From contig OZ296652.1 in the NCBI GenBank assembly GCA_965655095.1, positions 112,158,001 to 112,222,000 on the forward strand: a DNA stretch of 64,000 bases. The letters run 5' to 3'. Position numbers and translations under genes: made by a program. Of the stretch, positions 10,683 to 21,788 are shown piece after piece. Below the pieces are notes generated by a model. It had not been told where the DNA came from and did no database searches. It saw only the letters and a program-made list of their open reading frames with translations. The number at the start of each line of letters is the position of its first letter. Positions within the stretch are counted from its first letter, which is position 1. The DNA is from Haplodiscus bocki. Its lineage: Eukaryota.

Positions 10683-13600
10683 TCAGTCCAGTTTTTTGAG
10701 CTTAGTATGAGTGTAGTCAGTTTTATACAATCGTCTTGAATTTTTAACGTTCAGGTTTGCACAGTTATTTGGTCTGTTAGCAGATTGCAATTTGCAGTTT
10801 AAAAAGAAATGAAATGGTGTTTCTTCCGATTCACCACATTCACACATCGGTGAAGCACCGAGACTCAATTTCCACTTCATGTCAGCTAGTTTTAGGGAAT
10901 TGCCAATCAGGAACTCGCAGATTTTTTTTTAGCTCTGTATGAGTTGCCGCATATCATCGGAGAGATATCGTTAAATGCTGTGACACTTGCAGTGAGGTTC
11001 GCGAGAAAGAAGTTGTTAAACCCTCTTTTCCATCGTTTGCGCCATTGGTCAGTGATAAAACCCGCAATTTGGTCATTAGTATACTCGAGAATGGTTTCCT
11101 TGTTCATAAATCGACTGTATCTCTTCAAACTTGATTCTAGTGAGTTAGCTCGGCTGCGAGATTTACTAATGGATTTTAAGTGAGTATCCCGTACGAGATC
11201 ATCAATCTGCCTGATTTTGATGGCGAACTTGACAGTTATGCTTTCGCAGTAAATGTCAATCGGTGGTACTCCAGTCAATGCTTCACACGCTTCAATAGAG
11301 GGAGGTGGACCATGTTTGAAAATTTTTCTCATAACATTATTCTGAAGGCATCTGAGTTGGTGGGTATTTTTGTGGTACCAAAGCGGTGCACCATACAGGG
11401 CTTGCGGCACAATAACTGTTCGATAGAGATAAACTTGGGTCGTGAGAGATAGACACCATCTATTTGTGCATTTAATGGTAATGGCAGCCCAATTACGCTG
11501 GGCTTTCGCTACACTCAGCTCAGTATGCTCTTTAAAAATAGTTTTATTCTCAATGATTATCCCTAGAAACTTTGTGGATGTTTTAACTTTACAAATGTCA
11601 GAATTTAGCGCGATTTCGAATGGATCTCAGTTTTGGAACCATTATCAGCCATGCGCCATTTGTCGCACCACCGTTTAATATTATCCGCAGCGGCCTGCGT
11701 TCGGCTTGCAAGTTGTAGAATATCATCGGCAGTTAAAATCAGAGCTGTGTCATCCGCAAACTTGAATCGAATGGGGTATTCATCGATGAAATCAAAATTG
11801 AACAAAATGAACAATGTTGGCGAGAGTACACTGCCTTGCGGTAAGCCGATGTGAATCGGAAAATTATTTGAATGATAGTTTCCGATCTTTATGAAGGATA
11901 ATCTGTTGCTACGAAAAGCCTGGATAATACTGAGCAAGTTTCATGTTATTCTGATGTTCTGAAATTTGTACAAGAGGCCGTCTATCCAAACACTATCGAA
12001 AGCTTTCTCCAGTTCTCTATTCAGCAAAAACCGCTGGTTTTTTATTTATCTGAAAATCTTCCAACTCTAATTGCATTCTGTACAAAGACCGAACGGTGCT
12101 TCTCTTTTCTCTGAAACGTTCTTGTTCTTCTTCGAATATTTTACAAGACGTAAAGAAAGTGCGCAATCTTCGGTTTATCATTCTTTCGAATAATTTTCCA
12201 ACATGACTGGATAAAGTTATTCGTCTGTAGCTGGAACTGAATGCATAATTTGATTTGCCTGGTTTCTTTATGAAGATTACTCGAGATGAGTTCCAGGACT
12301 CGTGCCAACAACTATTGAAAAGTTTCAGTAGCCTCAGTTTCATTCTAAAACCGAAATGTTTCAGCATGGATGCATGAATCCCATCATTATCGAACGCGTC
12401 CGACTGAGGAAAATCTTTGATAGCACATTCTAGTTCATACATCGAGAAGTCCTCGTGGAAGAGTTGTTCATGCTCAGCGTTGATCTGCGGGTCCTGATTA
12501 CGAACCCTCCGTGTCACCTCAACGTAATGATCCTCATCGAATGATCTTCCCTTGAGATGCTGCCCTGGGAAAAATGTTTTTCTCAGTTCCTCAGAGATCT
12601 CTTCTTTCGAAGTAGCCAGTCCTCCATCTGAACTTTGCAATGGGCCTATTGCGAATTCTCTCATTTGGAATACATGCCGAAATTTTCGCCAAAAATCTTT
12701 GCCTTTCCTGTAACTCAATCCAGTTAAAGTTTCTCGCATCCACTCCGGAGATTTCTCAGATAAAAGGCTCTTAAACTCATTTTTCGCATTATTAAGTCTT
12801 TCTCCATTTGAGTTGCTGAAGCAGTACTTGAATTTTTTCGGAGAGCTCTGAGTTCCGCACTTTTTTGAGATGGATCTTCAAACCAGAAAGGTTTGCTATG
12901 CCTGGAGCTTCTTTTATAAGGAATGGCCAATCGTGTTGCTTCGGTAATGTCGACAAGTACACTTCCCCATTGATCTGTGGCGCTTGGGCATTGAACTGCC
13001 TCAAGTGATGCATGCGATGAATTTTCTAACACGTTCTGCCAGGCTTCCCAGTCTGCTTTTTGCAACCACGGTTTGGTATTTCCTTCTTCCGTCGTCCTAC
13101 TTATGTTGCATTTCACTATTAAAGGTATATGTCCACGTTGCGGCGCTCCTGTGAAGAGTTCAACATTTGGGTCAGTTGTTAGCTCGAATCCTACTTGCGT
13201 AGCGATTCGTCCACTTACAATGCATAGATCTATAACACTCGAACCATTGGATGACAAAAAAGTTTTTTCTCCATTATTAAGGATAATGTCTTCAGCAGAA
13301 AGACTTTCCACAAGGAGATAACCGTTAGGATTGCATATACTATCACCCCACAGGCAGTGTCTAGCATTGCAGTCTCCCAAGAACAACACTCCATCAAGGT
13401 TGTGCTGATGGTAGAAGTTTACCACTTTTTCTCTCTGTTTTATAAATTTTTCCATCGAAGCGGTTTCATTTGGTTTCAAGTATGCTGTACCGATTATGAT
13501 CTGGAGCCCCGCCGCCACCGTCAAGATCCAAATGCTGTCATGCTCTTTCAGTTCAAGTTCATTTAAACGAGTGTAACTCATGTCCTTATTTATTATGATA

Positions 13601-13761
13601 GCGACGCAATCACTTCTCACGCCACGACATGTTGATTCCGTGAAGTAATTTGCAGCGACGTCCTTATCTAGTTGTCTATTTGTTTCGTTGAGGCAACAGA
13701 TTGTCGGTTTATGTTTTTCAAGGTAGTTGTTAAAAGTCAGCTTGCTATGCTCGGCAAAACC
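10683..13761 (-). pseudogene. LINE ORF2 (APE endonuclease, RT, C-terminal CCHC), fragmented
   Basis: CCLNET, GDCNARH..WG, SVIDL (endonuclease); SYRRITLSSHVGKLFERM, GLPQGSVLSPTLF, FADD (RT); CECGESEETPFHFFLNC (CCHC). No RNase H seen. Confidence 0.9.
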
Positions 13762-14208
13762 ATCAACCCGAAAGCAACTCAACCAGAAGACCAGTTGCCG
13801 AAGAAAACAATCTCTCCTCTGCAACTCAACAAGAGACTCTTCAAACGTCCCCAGAAACAATTCTGAAGCTATGTAAGTTTTGTAAAACAAAAATCCAGTT
13901 TAAAAGTGTTTTGTCTTTTCCTTTCTCCGCTTTCTCAGTAATATAAATTCTTTCCTAAAAAACCAAATACAATTTTCATTCACTTGAGATATCCCGCTAG
14001 CAACCACCAAATCAAAAACACCTAAATGGTAATTTTAGAAATTACTGACCTCCTTTCTAAATAACAGTCGTCCTCCGCATCCAAAATTTTTTTCTAGCAA
14101 AGTGTTTTGAGAAGCATAAGACTGTTACACTATGTAACGATGCAAATCGTGCCTCCGAATCCAGGAGAATCAGAAAGAGTATGCGAACGAACATAAAAAC
14201 CTATGTCA
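13762..14208 (+). repeat. 5' LTR, right half
   Basis: Colinear with 23385-23824; ends CCTATGTCA. Confidence 0.93.
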
Positions 14209-14536
14209 AATCCCAATCGCTTTTCGGCCCGAGTCCTCTTTTTCACCACATGATTCCAGTATTCATTATGGGCTTGAAGGAATTTATTACCACCAACACA
14301 GTGAGTCGCACCCACTGGTTCAATTTTTTCCAAACACGAACTACCCAAACCACATTAAGTCTACAAGTACTTTCTTTTTCCGAACTCTAGCTCAAATCTG
14401 GAGAAATTTTATTGAATTCTTGTCGCACTATTTCACTGCAATCCTGTACGCAGGTAGTGGTCCCGCTCAACTTGACGATCTCAGACGCTAAAAATTCGAC
14501 GTAGTTTGATTTTTCTTTGAGTTTTTTTTGTATACA

Positions 14537-15760
14537 ATGTCGACAACCGCCGCTACGTCAACGACCACCACCGCCACCTTTACAAACGCAGGAGGAGCCA
14601 CTCCTAGCACACCTACCTCCTCCACTGCCACCACCAGTGCAACAAGTACACCAGTTTCGTCGAGCGCAACTAGCTCAACGCCTACTGCAAACCAAAGCAA
14701 TGGTGCTGTTGCACCTGCCTCGCCGTTTGCGACACCTTTTGGCCCCGGAGGTGCCCCTTTCCTAACTCCTTTGCCATCATGCCTTATGTCAGAAAATTTC
14801 ACTGGTTCTGGTGACTTTGAGGTATATCTACAGAACTTTAACACTGCCGCGTTTCTTTCTGGTTGGTTTTCCCCAGCCCATGACAACAGACCACATTATT
14901 TCGCTCTTCGGCTGCGCCGAAATGCCCTGCATTTCTACACAACGCTTTCGGCAGCCCAACAAACTGACTTCAATTTATTAGTTGATGCCTTCCGGCAGAA
15001 CTATTCAACGAATGTGGACATACTGAAAGCAAGACTGAAAACTGCGCGGCAGCAACCCAATCAAGTCATTTCTTCCTTCTTGTGCGACATTCGCACACCT
15101 GCGCGACTCGCCTATTGCGCCTTTCCTCACTTAGTGGAGCAAATTGTCCCGACTAGTTTCATCGAAGGCCTGAGCGATGATGCAACGCTTCCATGGGAAC
15201 TTAAAAAGTCCAAACCAGCTACAGTTGATGATGTTCTAGCCCTGGCCATGGAATTATATTCTTTCCTGGAAATTGAGCAAGGAGCCCCATCAACAAGCAA
15301 AATGCCCAAGACCAGCGTAAACGCGATCTCCTGTGAAACTCCTGCGCCACCCGCCAAAAAATGGATGGACGAATTTGTTCCAACGCTAACGGAGGGATTC
15401 AAGAACGCCATGCCTAAGCCGAGCCAAGAAGTCTCCTGACAGCAAAATAGTAGGCCAAATCGCAACCAACCTTCTCGGTTGAACTGCACTGACACCCAGG
15501 GAACCCGCACCGTTCGGTTCCAGAATAGTTCGAATGGAGGACGAAAAACTAACAACCCGGACAAAAACTGGTGCGGATCCAACCGCCAAAATACGAACTC
15601 TAACCCGCCGAATGACAACAAAAATAGCTCCGAAGGACCCTGGAAAATTTGTAAACATGACAATCATGCCTTGAACGATTGTAAAGCTTGTTTCAAGTGT
15701 GGAAAGAGTGGAGACTTCGGCAATGAATGCAGAAGCAAAACGTCCAACAATTTAAACTAA
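14537..15760 (+). pseudogene. gag: gag (Ser/Thr-rich N-terminus, capsid-like core, degenerate zinc knuckles)
   Basis: ENFTGSGDFEVYLQNF, LKARLKTARQQPNQ, SFIEGL. Stop at 15437-15439. Degenerate knuckles ICKHDNHALNDC and CFKCGKSGDFGNEC. Confidence 0.85.
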
Positions 15761-18700
15761 AAGCGTCTACGCCAGAGGGTCAACGCGCAGACAAAGACAC
15801 TTCACCAGGCCCACAAGTTCAAACATTGAATTCCGTTGTTGATCACCGGAGTGTGTTCATTCAAATAAAAAACTTTGATCGCATAATTGAAGCGATATGC
15901 GACAATGGAGCAAGTGTGCCATGCCTCAGTACTGAAATCTATGACTCCCTCAAAACGAAACACTCCTTGAAAATGGAGACCTCAAGAACGCAACTAAAAG
16001 CCGCAAATGAATTGCCCATAGAGAAGCGAGGCATCGTACGCCTCCCGGTAAAACTGTGTGGAATAAATGTTGAACATAAAATTCACGTTTTGGCTAAGTC
16101 AGAGGCCCACTGCCTGATAGGCCTTGATTTTTGGAAGATCACCAATATGATCCACTTTTTTCGAAGAAGAAATTGCGAGTGAATGATGACACTTTTGTCC
16201 CATTGTACCACAAACATTATACCATACAAACTGATCAGGTCTTCCGAGTTGTTTCCACTGACTATGTTTGAATCCCAACAGGTCATTCGATGATCATACC
16301 GGCCCACATCCCAGGATGGAAGCGCCCACTAATAAAGTTGGCCGCCGTATTCGAGCCGCAAGAACGGTTCAAGGTAGACAAAGAGGTCAGTGCTGACCAT
16401 GTCTTGTTCAATTTCGCCGAGCAAACATTAGTCGCAATGGATAAAATTCAGAACATTAGTACACTCAAAAGCCTCAAAAGTCCGAAACTAACCAACAAAA
16501 AGGATGCCAAATACGATTTGAAATTTGTCAAAAAATCTATCGATACTGGTTTTTCCCTGGAAGCAAAAGCAAAGTTCTCTGAACTAATCAGTGACTTCTC
16601 TGATGTGTTCTCGAAAAACGAAAGGGATATCGATCAATGCGATGTCACCGCCCACAAAATACAAACTCAACCAGGTTTGCGACCAGTAAAACTCCCTAAC
16701 AGAAGGATGCATCTCCACTACAAACAAGTCTTACAAGAAAAAGTTGATGCTTTCTTGGAAAAGAAACTTATCACGCCTTGTCATAGCCCGTACAGTGCAC
16801 CAGCCATGCTCGTCCCGAGGAAAAACCGCGAACTCCGCTTAGTAATTAACTACCGTCAATTGAATAAACAAACCATCAAATCCTGTTGGCCTATTTCTTA
16901 TATTGAAAAAATATTGATACTCCTGAGGGAAGTGAGTACTTTACCACGATCGATATGTCGTGGCGTTTCTATCAGCTGCCAACGGAAGAAGGGAGCCAAG
17001 ACATCACTGCGTTTAGTACGCCCTCGGGTACCTTCAAATGGCTCCGCATGCCCATGGAACTGACTGGTAGTCCGAACACCTTCCAGAGTCTTATGAAGCA
17101 AGTCCTTGTTGGCCTGACTTGGAAGACAACCGTCCCTTATTTAGATGATTGTATCATCTTCTCTTCTACAGCGGACGAACATATCTAGAGACTAAGAGAA
17201 GTCCTTGAAAGGTTTGGTCCTGCGAACCTGAAAAAAAAACCGACAAAGTGTGAGTTTTTCCGAACTCGCGTCCCCTTCCTTGGCCATATCATCAGCAAGA
17301 ATGTTCTAGAGGCGGACCCCGACAAGATTGTTGCCGTTAAAAAGTTTCCGATTCCAACAACCCCAACTGAAGTAAAATCATTCCATGGATTGTGCTCCTA
17401 TTATCGCCGATACGTAAAAAACTTTGCTGAAATAGCCCGACCTCTCCATAAGGCAGGTGAATTAACTACAACTTTCAATTGGACACCGGAAGCCCAAGGC
17501 GTTTTTGAAACTCTGAAGTCTCGACTAACAACTACGCCCATTTTGGCCTTTCCTATGATGAAGTAAACTTCCATCCTGCACACCAACGCCAGCCTAACGA
17601 CTATGGGTGCTGTCTTGCTGCAAGTACAAGATGGAGAGGAACATGTCCTCTGCTACGCCTCCAAAGCTTTCTCGAATGGCCAGACTAGATATTCCGCGAC
17701 GAAAAGAGAATTGTTAGCTGTCGTTAATTTTACACGACAGTTCAGACATTATCTGATTGGTCAAAAATTCACAAAAATCACTAATCACCGTGCCCTCCAA
17801 GGGCTCCACAACTTCAGAGACCCGGATGCACTAACCACCCGTTGGCTCGAGAAACTCGCTACTTTCAACTATGAGGTAGTGCATAGGCCCGGAAAATTGA
17901 TCAGCCCTACCAATGGTCTCTCCCGAACACCTCTTAGAGCATTTAATGCAACTGTAACTGAGGACCCAGCTGCACATGCGCCTGAAGTAGACCAGGAAAA
18001 CACCCAATCGTACCTAGGAAAGTCCACGAGACCCCAAACATTTCCATTAATCGGAAATCCAAGGCGACGTACTGCAATCAATTGACTCCATTACTCACTG
18101 TATTTCAGCTGATTTCAAGCTAGGAGCAGGAATCGCTCGAAGAATTAAGCGACGCTTTCCAATGCAGTACCCGGACAAAGAAGCCATTGCTAGCGAAGGC
18201 ATTTGGCCGCAACGGATCCCGAATCGCAACGTTTTGTGTACCACTTAGAAACAAAAGCGCGGTATTTCCACAAGCCTACTTATAAAGCCTTGAGGGCATC
18301 TTTAGAGGCAATGCAAAGGCATACCGAGAGCAACAATGTCCAGCGCATCAGCTTGCCCCAAATAGGCTGTGGCATCGACAAGTTGGACTGCAAAAAGTCC
18401 GGAAGTTGTTCCACGAAGTTTTCCAGCCTACGAGTATAGATCTTACTGTGTTTTTCAAACCCCATTCAGGAACGCTGACTTCAAGTCAAATCCCAATGGA
18501 TTCCCTTATTGATACCGATAAGGCCAAAGCCCTCGATCTTTCAGACAACATACCTTCACTGGCGTCTGCTCAGAGAAACGATCCAGCACTCAAGCACTTA
18601 CTTCCTTGGATCACACGTGGTAGGCCGCCGAGCTCACAAGAATTACAGGGACTATCCCAAACAACAAGGAAATTGGCACACGAATTCCGAAGTTTAAAGG

Positions 18701-18900
18701 TCGTTAATGAAAATCTTTGTCGAGAATTAATCCACAAAGGAGGTTCATTGCACCATCAACAACACATGCCTGCGTCGTTAGTACCCCAAATTCTGAAGTC
18801 GATCCACTCATCGCCCACAAGACTCAAGCCCAACCTCAACGCAACCTTCGCAACAGCACCACACAGCAACGTAATGCTCAATCGTTGTGAAATGCAATAA
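15761..18900 (+). pseudogene. pol: pol: aspartic protease, RT, RNase H, macrodomain, N-terminal integrase remnant
   Basis: AICDNGASV (protease); SPYSAP, INYRQLN, RMPMELTGSPNTFQ, PYLDD (RT); RYSATKRELLAVV (RNase H); ILKSIHSSPT (start of the integrase Zn region). Many frameshifts and stops. Confidence 0.92.
18033..18460 (+). pseudogene. TARG1/OARD1 (Poa1p-like) macrodomain inside pol
   Basis: Across two frameshifts it reads EIQGDVLQSIDSITHCISADFKLGAGIARRIKRRF...RFVYHLETKARYFHKPTYKALRASLEAMQRH...ISLPQIGCGIDKLD...FHEVFQPTSIDLTVF. This matches the OARD1 motifs HCIS.D..MGAGIA, LITK...KPTY..L..SLEAM and PRIGCGLD. Confidence 0.9.
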
Positions 18901-19019
18901 TTCCACCTGACCTAAGTCAATTCAATTCCCCCGCCAGCTCGAAGAAGAAAAAGAAAAGTTCGCCAAACTTATAAATTTTACTCTTTTCTGAACGCTAATT
19001 TAACAACTTTTACCCTTCA

Positions 19020-21350
19020 AATCCTTCTTTTAGGCTCCCCTTCCTACTTTCACTTGTCCTTCTCAATAGCCCGCCCTCTTGTTACTTTGTGATCTACTAC
19101 TCAACTCATCTAAATGATCAACCAGAAGTCCCAGTTTTCAAGAAAGGTGCTGCCTTTCTCTTTAAATACCAAGCAGTCTTTTCCGAAAGTGAGAGCAAAG
19201 TTCGAGGGTTCTCCCCGTACCCAAAAAGCCCAGATGCCAATCTTACTGGAGCTGAAGAGTTGTGGAACATAGCGACAATACGAAAAACCGGAATTGGTGG
19301 CATATATGTCCAAAAATTTTATGAATTCCCACAAATCAACGAAACATATGGCTTATTAACGACACAGTTGAAGGATCGCGTAGAATTGATCAAGCTGGAA
19401 GTGAAACAATCAAAGGATGAGCAAGACAAACTTGCAGACGTAATGAAGTCTTTTCTTCCGAAACAGTATCAGAAGGACGTGGCGACGCTTCCAATTTCGA
19501 AACGATTTATTGGCGCCATGGCTGCTCTTGGAGCAGGTGCCGGGTTGATCCTTGGCGACCCGTTCAAAGAAACTGCATGTACAGCTGTCTTCACTTTTAA
19601 CTAGTGCGATGACACAAGCAGTTTGTCCAGTTTGTCCCAGGTTGTGGACCAGATCCTGAAAACGCAGGAAGAAACATTAGCGACCTTGCAACGTGTCAAG
19701 TCGGCCAATGATTCAAACTTCTTCCCACTGGGAAACGAAGTCCGAGCAACGTTACAAAACGTTAAGAACCTTCGTGATGCTGTGAATGATTACCTACAGG
19801 CTCTGCAAGATCGAATAAAAGGAATCCAAGGAGATTTGATACAACATAAAGAAAGTCAACGAAGAAAAGCGCAACAATCCCACTTCCTCCAAGAGATTAG
19901 ATATGTCATCTCCCAATTGGGTACTCTTTACACTCACATAAAATCTTACCAAGCTGCGTTCTACGCTTACAAGATTAACTTGTTCTCAATAATCTCGTCC
20001 CTTGCTAGTGGCCAAAAACCCTCCCAGTTCCTTTTACCCCAGGAAATTGCCGACATTGTACGCACCCTGTCTGAAGAAGAGAGTTACCGTGGTACGAAAC
20101 TCACCCCTGCTGTACAGCCTGGTTTCGTAGCTGCTTTTTACGAAAATCAACTCGTGTTGGAGGTCACGTTAATTCTGCATGGTATTTCAGTTGTCCTTGG
20201 TGTTCCTATGAACTCTAAGTCCTCTACTTTTAACGTGTACCACGCTACCCCGCTTTATCCTTCTAATGGCGATAACAAAACAGCCTCCTTGTTTCAGCTC
20301 TCAAAACCGTTTTTGACTGTGGCTGAAGACGACTCCAGATACCCTGAGTTGGACAGCTTGGCGCTACAGCAATGCTTGGCGAACAACCGTATTCGCCTCT
20401 GTCGCAAAGGGTTCTCGACGACCACTGATGATACCCTCCTATGCCTGAGCTCTTTAATGTTCAATTACTCTATCCTGCTATTGCACAACTGCCCCGCCGT
20501 TTCTGTCCTCTTACCAGATGCCCCACAAGCCTTTTACTTAGCCGAAGGATTATACCACGTTATATAGCGAGAACCGCTTCTTCACCTAAAAAATGCTAGT
20601 GATTTACATGGTGTCAGTGTTCCAACCATTTCTCGTCAAGCCTGCATTTTGAGACCCAGCTGTCACAGAACCCTAACCCTGAATAAAGGAGACTTAGTCC
20701 TTAAACCGGACATGGACTACTGCTCGACCAGTCCAGAGCCCTTCTTTGCAACTATCAGGCTAGTCCCTTCCCTAGCGAAAATTTTCCAGCGTGTACCTCC
20801 TTCTAATCAAGTCTTCCACGTCTATTCGTTGGGTGAAGCCCGCCATTCAATCCTCAGTAGCGTCCGCATGGAGCTAGCAGAGCTTCCGGATGTACAGAGA
20901 ATGTCAGTTGAATCAATTGATTGACTAGAAGCACCTATCGCCCAGTATTATTTGTCAATTTTTCCGGCCTCATCACAAGCGCTTGAGTCATACCTCCCTT
21001 TTTGCACAGCTGTTTTGTTCTCGACTGTCTCAATTGCACTCTCATTGTTGACTTTCACCAAAAGTTTTACCCTGTTCCGGCGTCAATGGAAACGACTTTT
21101 CCTCCACCCGCACCAATACTTCAAGAGCTCCAAAGGAAGACTCTTGCACGTTATGGATGATGAAAACATGTTTGCAGCCTCTGACGGTACCACCGCCTTC
21201 CTTCAGCTTAGTCTGGAGGAATTTACTGCCATAAAGGCCCTTGCTAATGAAACCTTGAATCAACCACCCCATTCAACTAAAGTACACACTGCCTGTAATA
21301 ACCCTCAGGTCCCCAGTCGTGTCTATCCAGACATCACAGCCCCTCATTAA
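19020..21350 (+). pseudogene. env: env-like class I fusion glycoprotein, three in-frame premature stops
   Basis: ORFs 19089, 19623, 20649 and 20952 share one frame. Hydrophobic signal-like stretch (LPFLLSLVLL), basic cleavage site plus fusion peptide ISKR|FIGAMAALGAGAGLILG, heptad repeat, Cys-rich region, TM segment (AVLFSTVSIALSLLTF) followed by RRQWKR. Confidence 0.85.
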
Positions 21351-21788
21351 GCCGAGTCTACAACGTAATCTAACTAAACCCTTGAACATTTCTTTACTAT
21401 AACATGTCTTACATATCATATTTAAAATCTGAACACCTTGCACTTCTGTGCCCCTTTTGTACGTTTCCGTTTTCATCTGGCTTTGAGTCATATCCTGGCC
21501 ACCCTCTTGCACGTTTCAGTGCCCGTTTTCTTGTGCGTTTCTGTACCTGCCCAGCTTTTGTTGGCCCTGTCTGCACGCGTCTGTGCCCCTTTCTGTTCAG
21601 ATTTCGTTCTGACTCGTGGAATGAACAGAGAGACATGGTCTCCTCTGTCAGTTGAACTTAACGTTTCACAGTATACGTCTCCGTATACAGGCACCTTGCT
21701 TGATATGTGCAATAAAAAAAACAAACAATGAGAAAAACGACTCGATGCATTTTTCATTTTTTCCAGCCCTTCTCCCTTTTTTTCTCTT

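Larger units (their letters stand above)
6636..13761 (-). mobile_element. 5'-truncated non-LTR retrotransposon (I/Jockey-group-like LINE) inserted antisense into the 5' LTR
   Basis: Flanked by an 11-bp direct repeat ATCAACCCGAA (6625-6635 and 13762-13772) that corresponds to a single site in the 3' LTR. EN-RT-CCHC coding on the minus strand; AATAAAAATAAAAATAAA tail-like tract at ~6677-6694. Confidence 0.88.

Noticed and set aside
12724-13890. 388-aa ORF as a novel LTR-LINE fusion protein
   Set aside because: The first ~43 codons are antisense LTR sequence beyond the TSD, fortuitously in frame with the truncated LINE endonuclease. It has no ATG start.
14488-14886. Hydrophobic Val/Ala-rich minus-strand ORF as a membrane protein
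   Set aside because: Antisense reading of the Thr/Ser-rich gag N-terminus.
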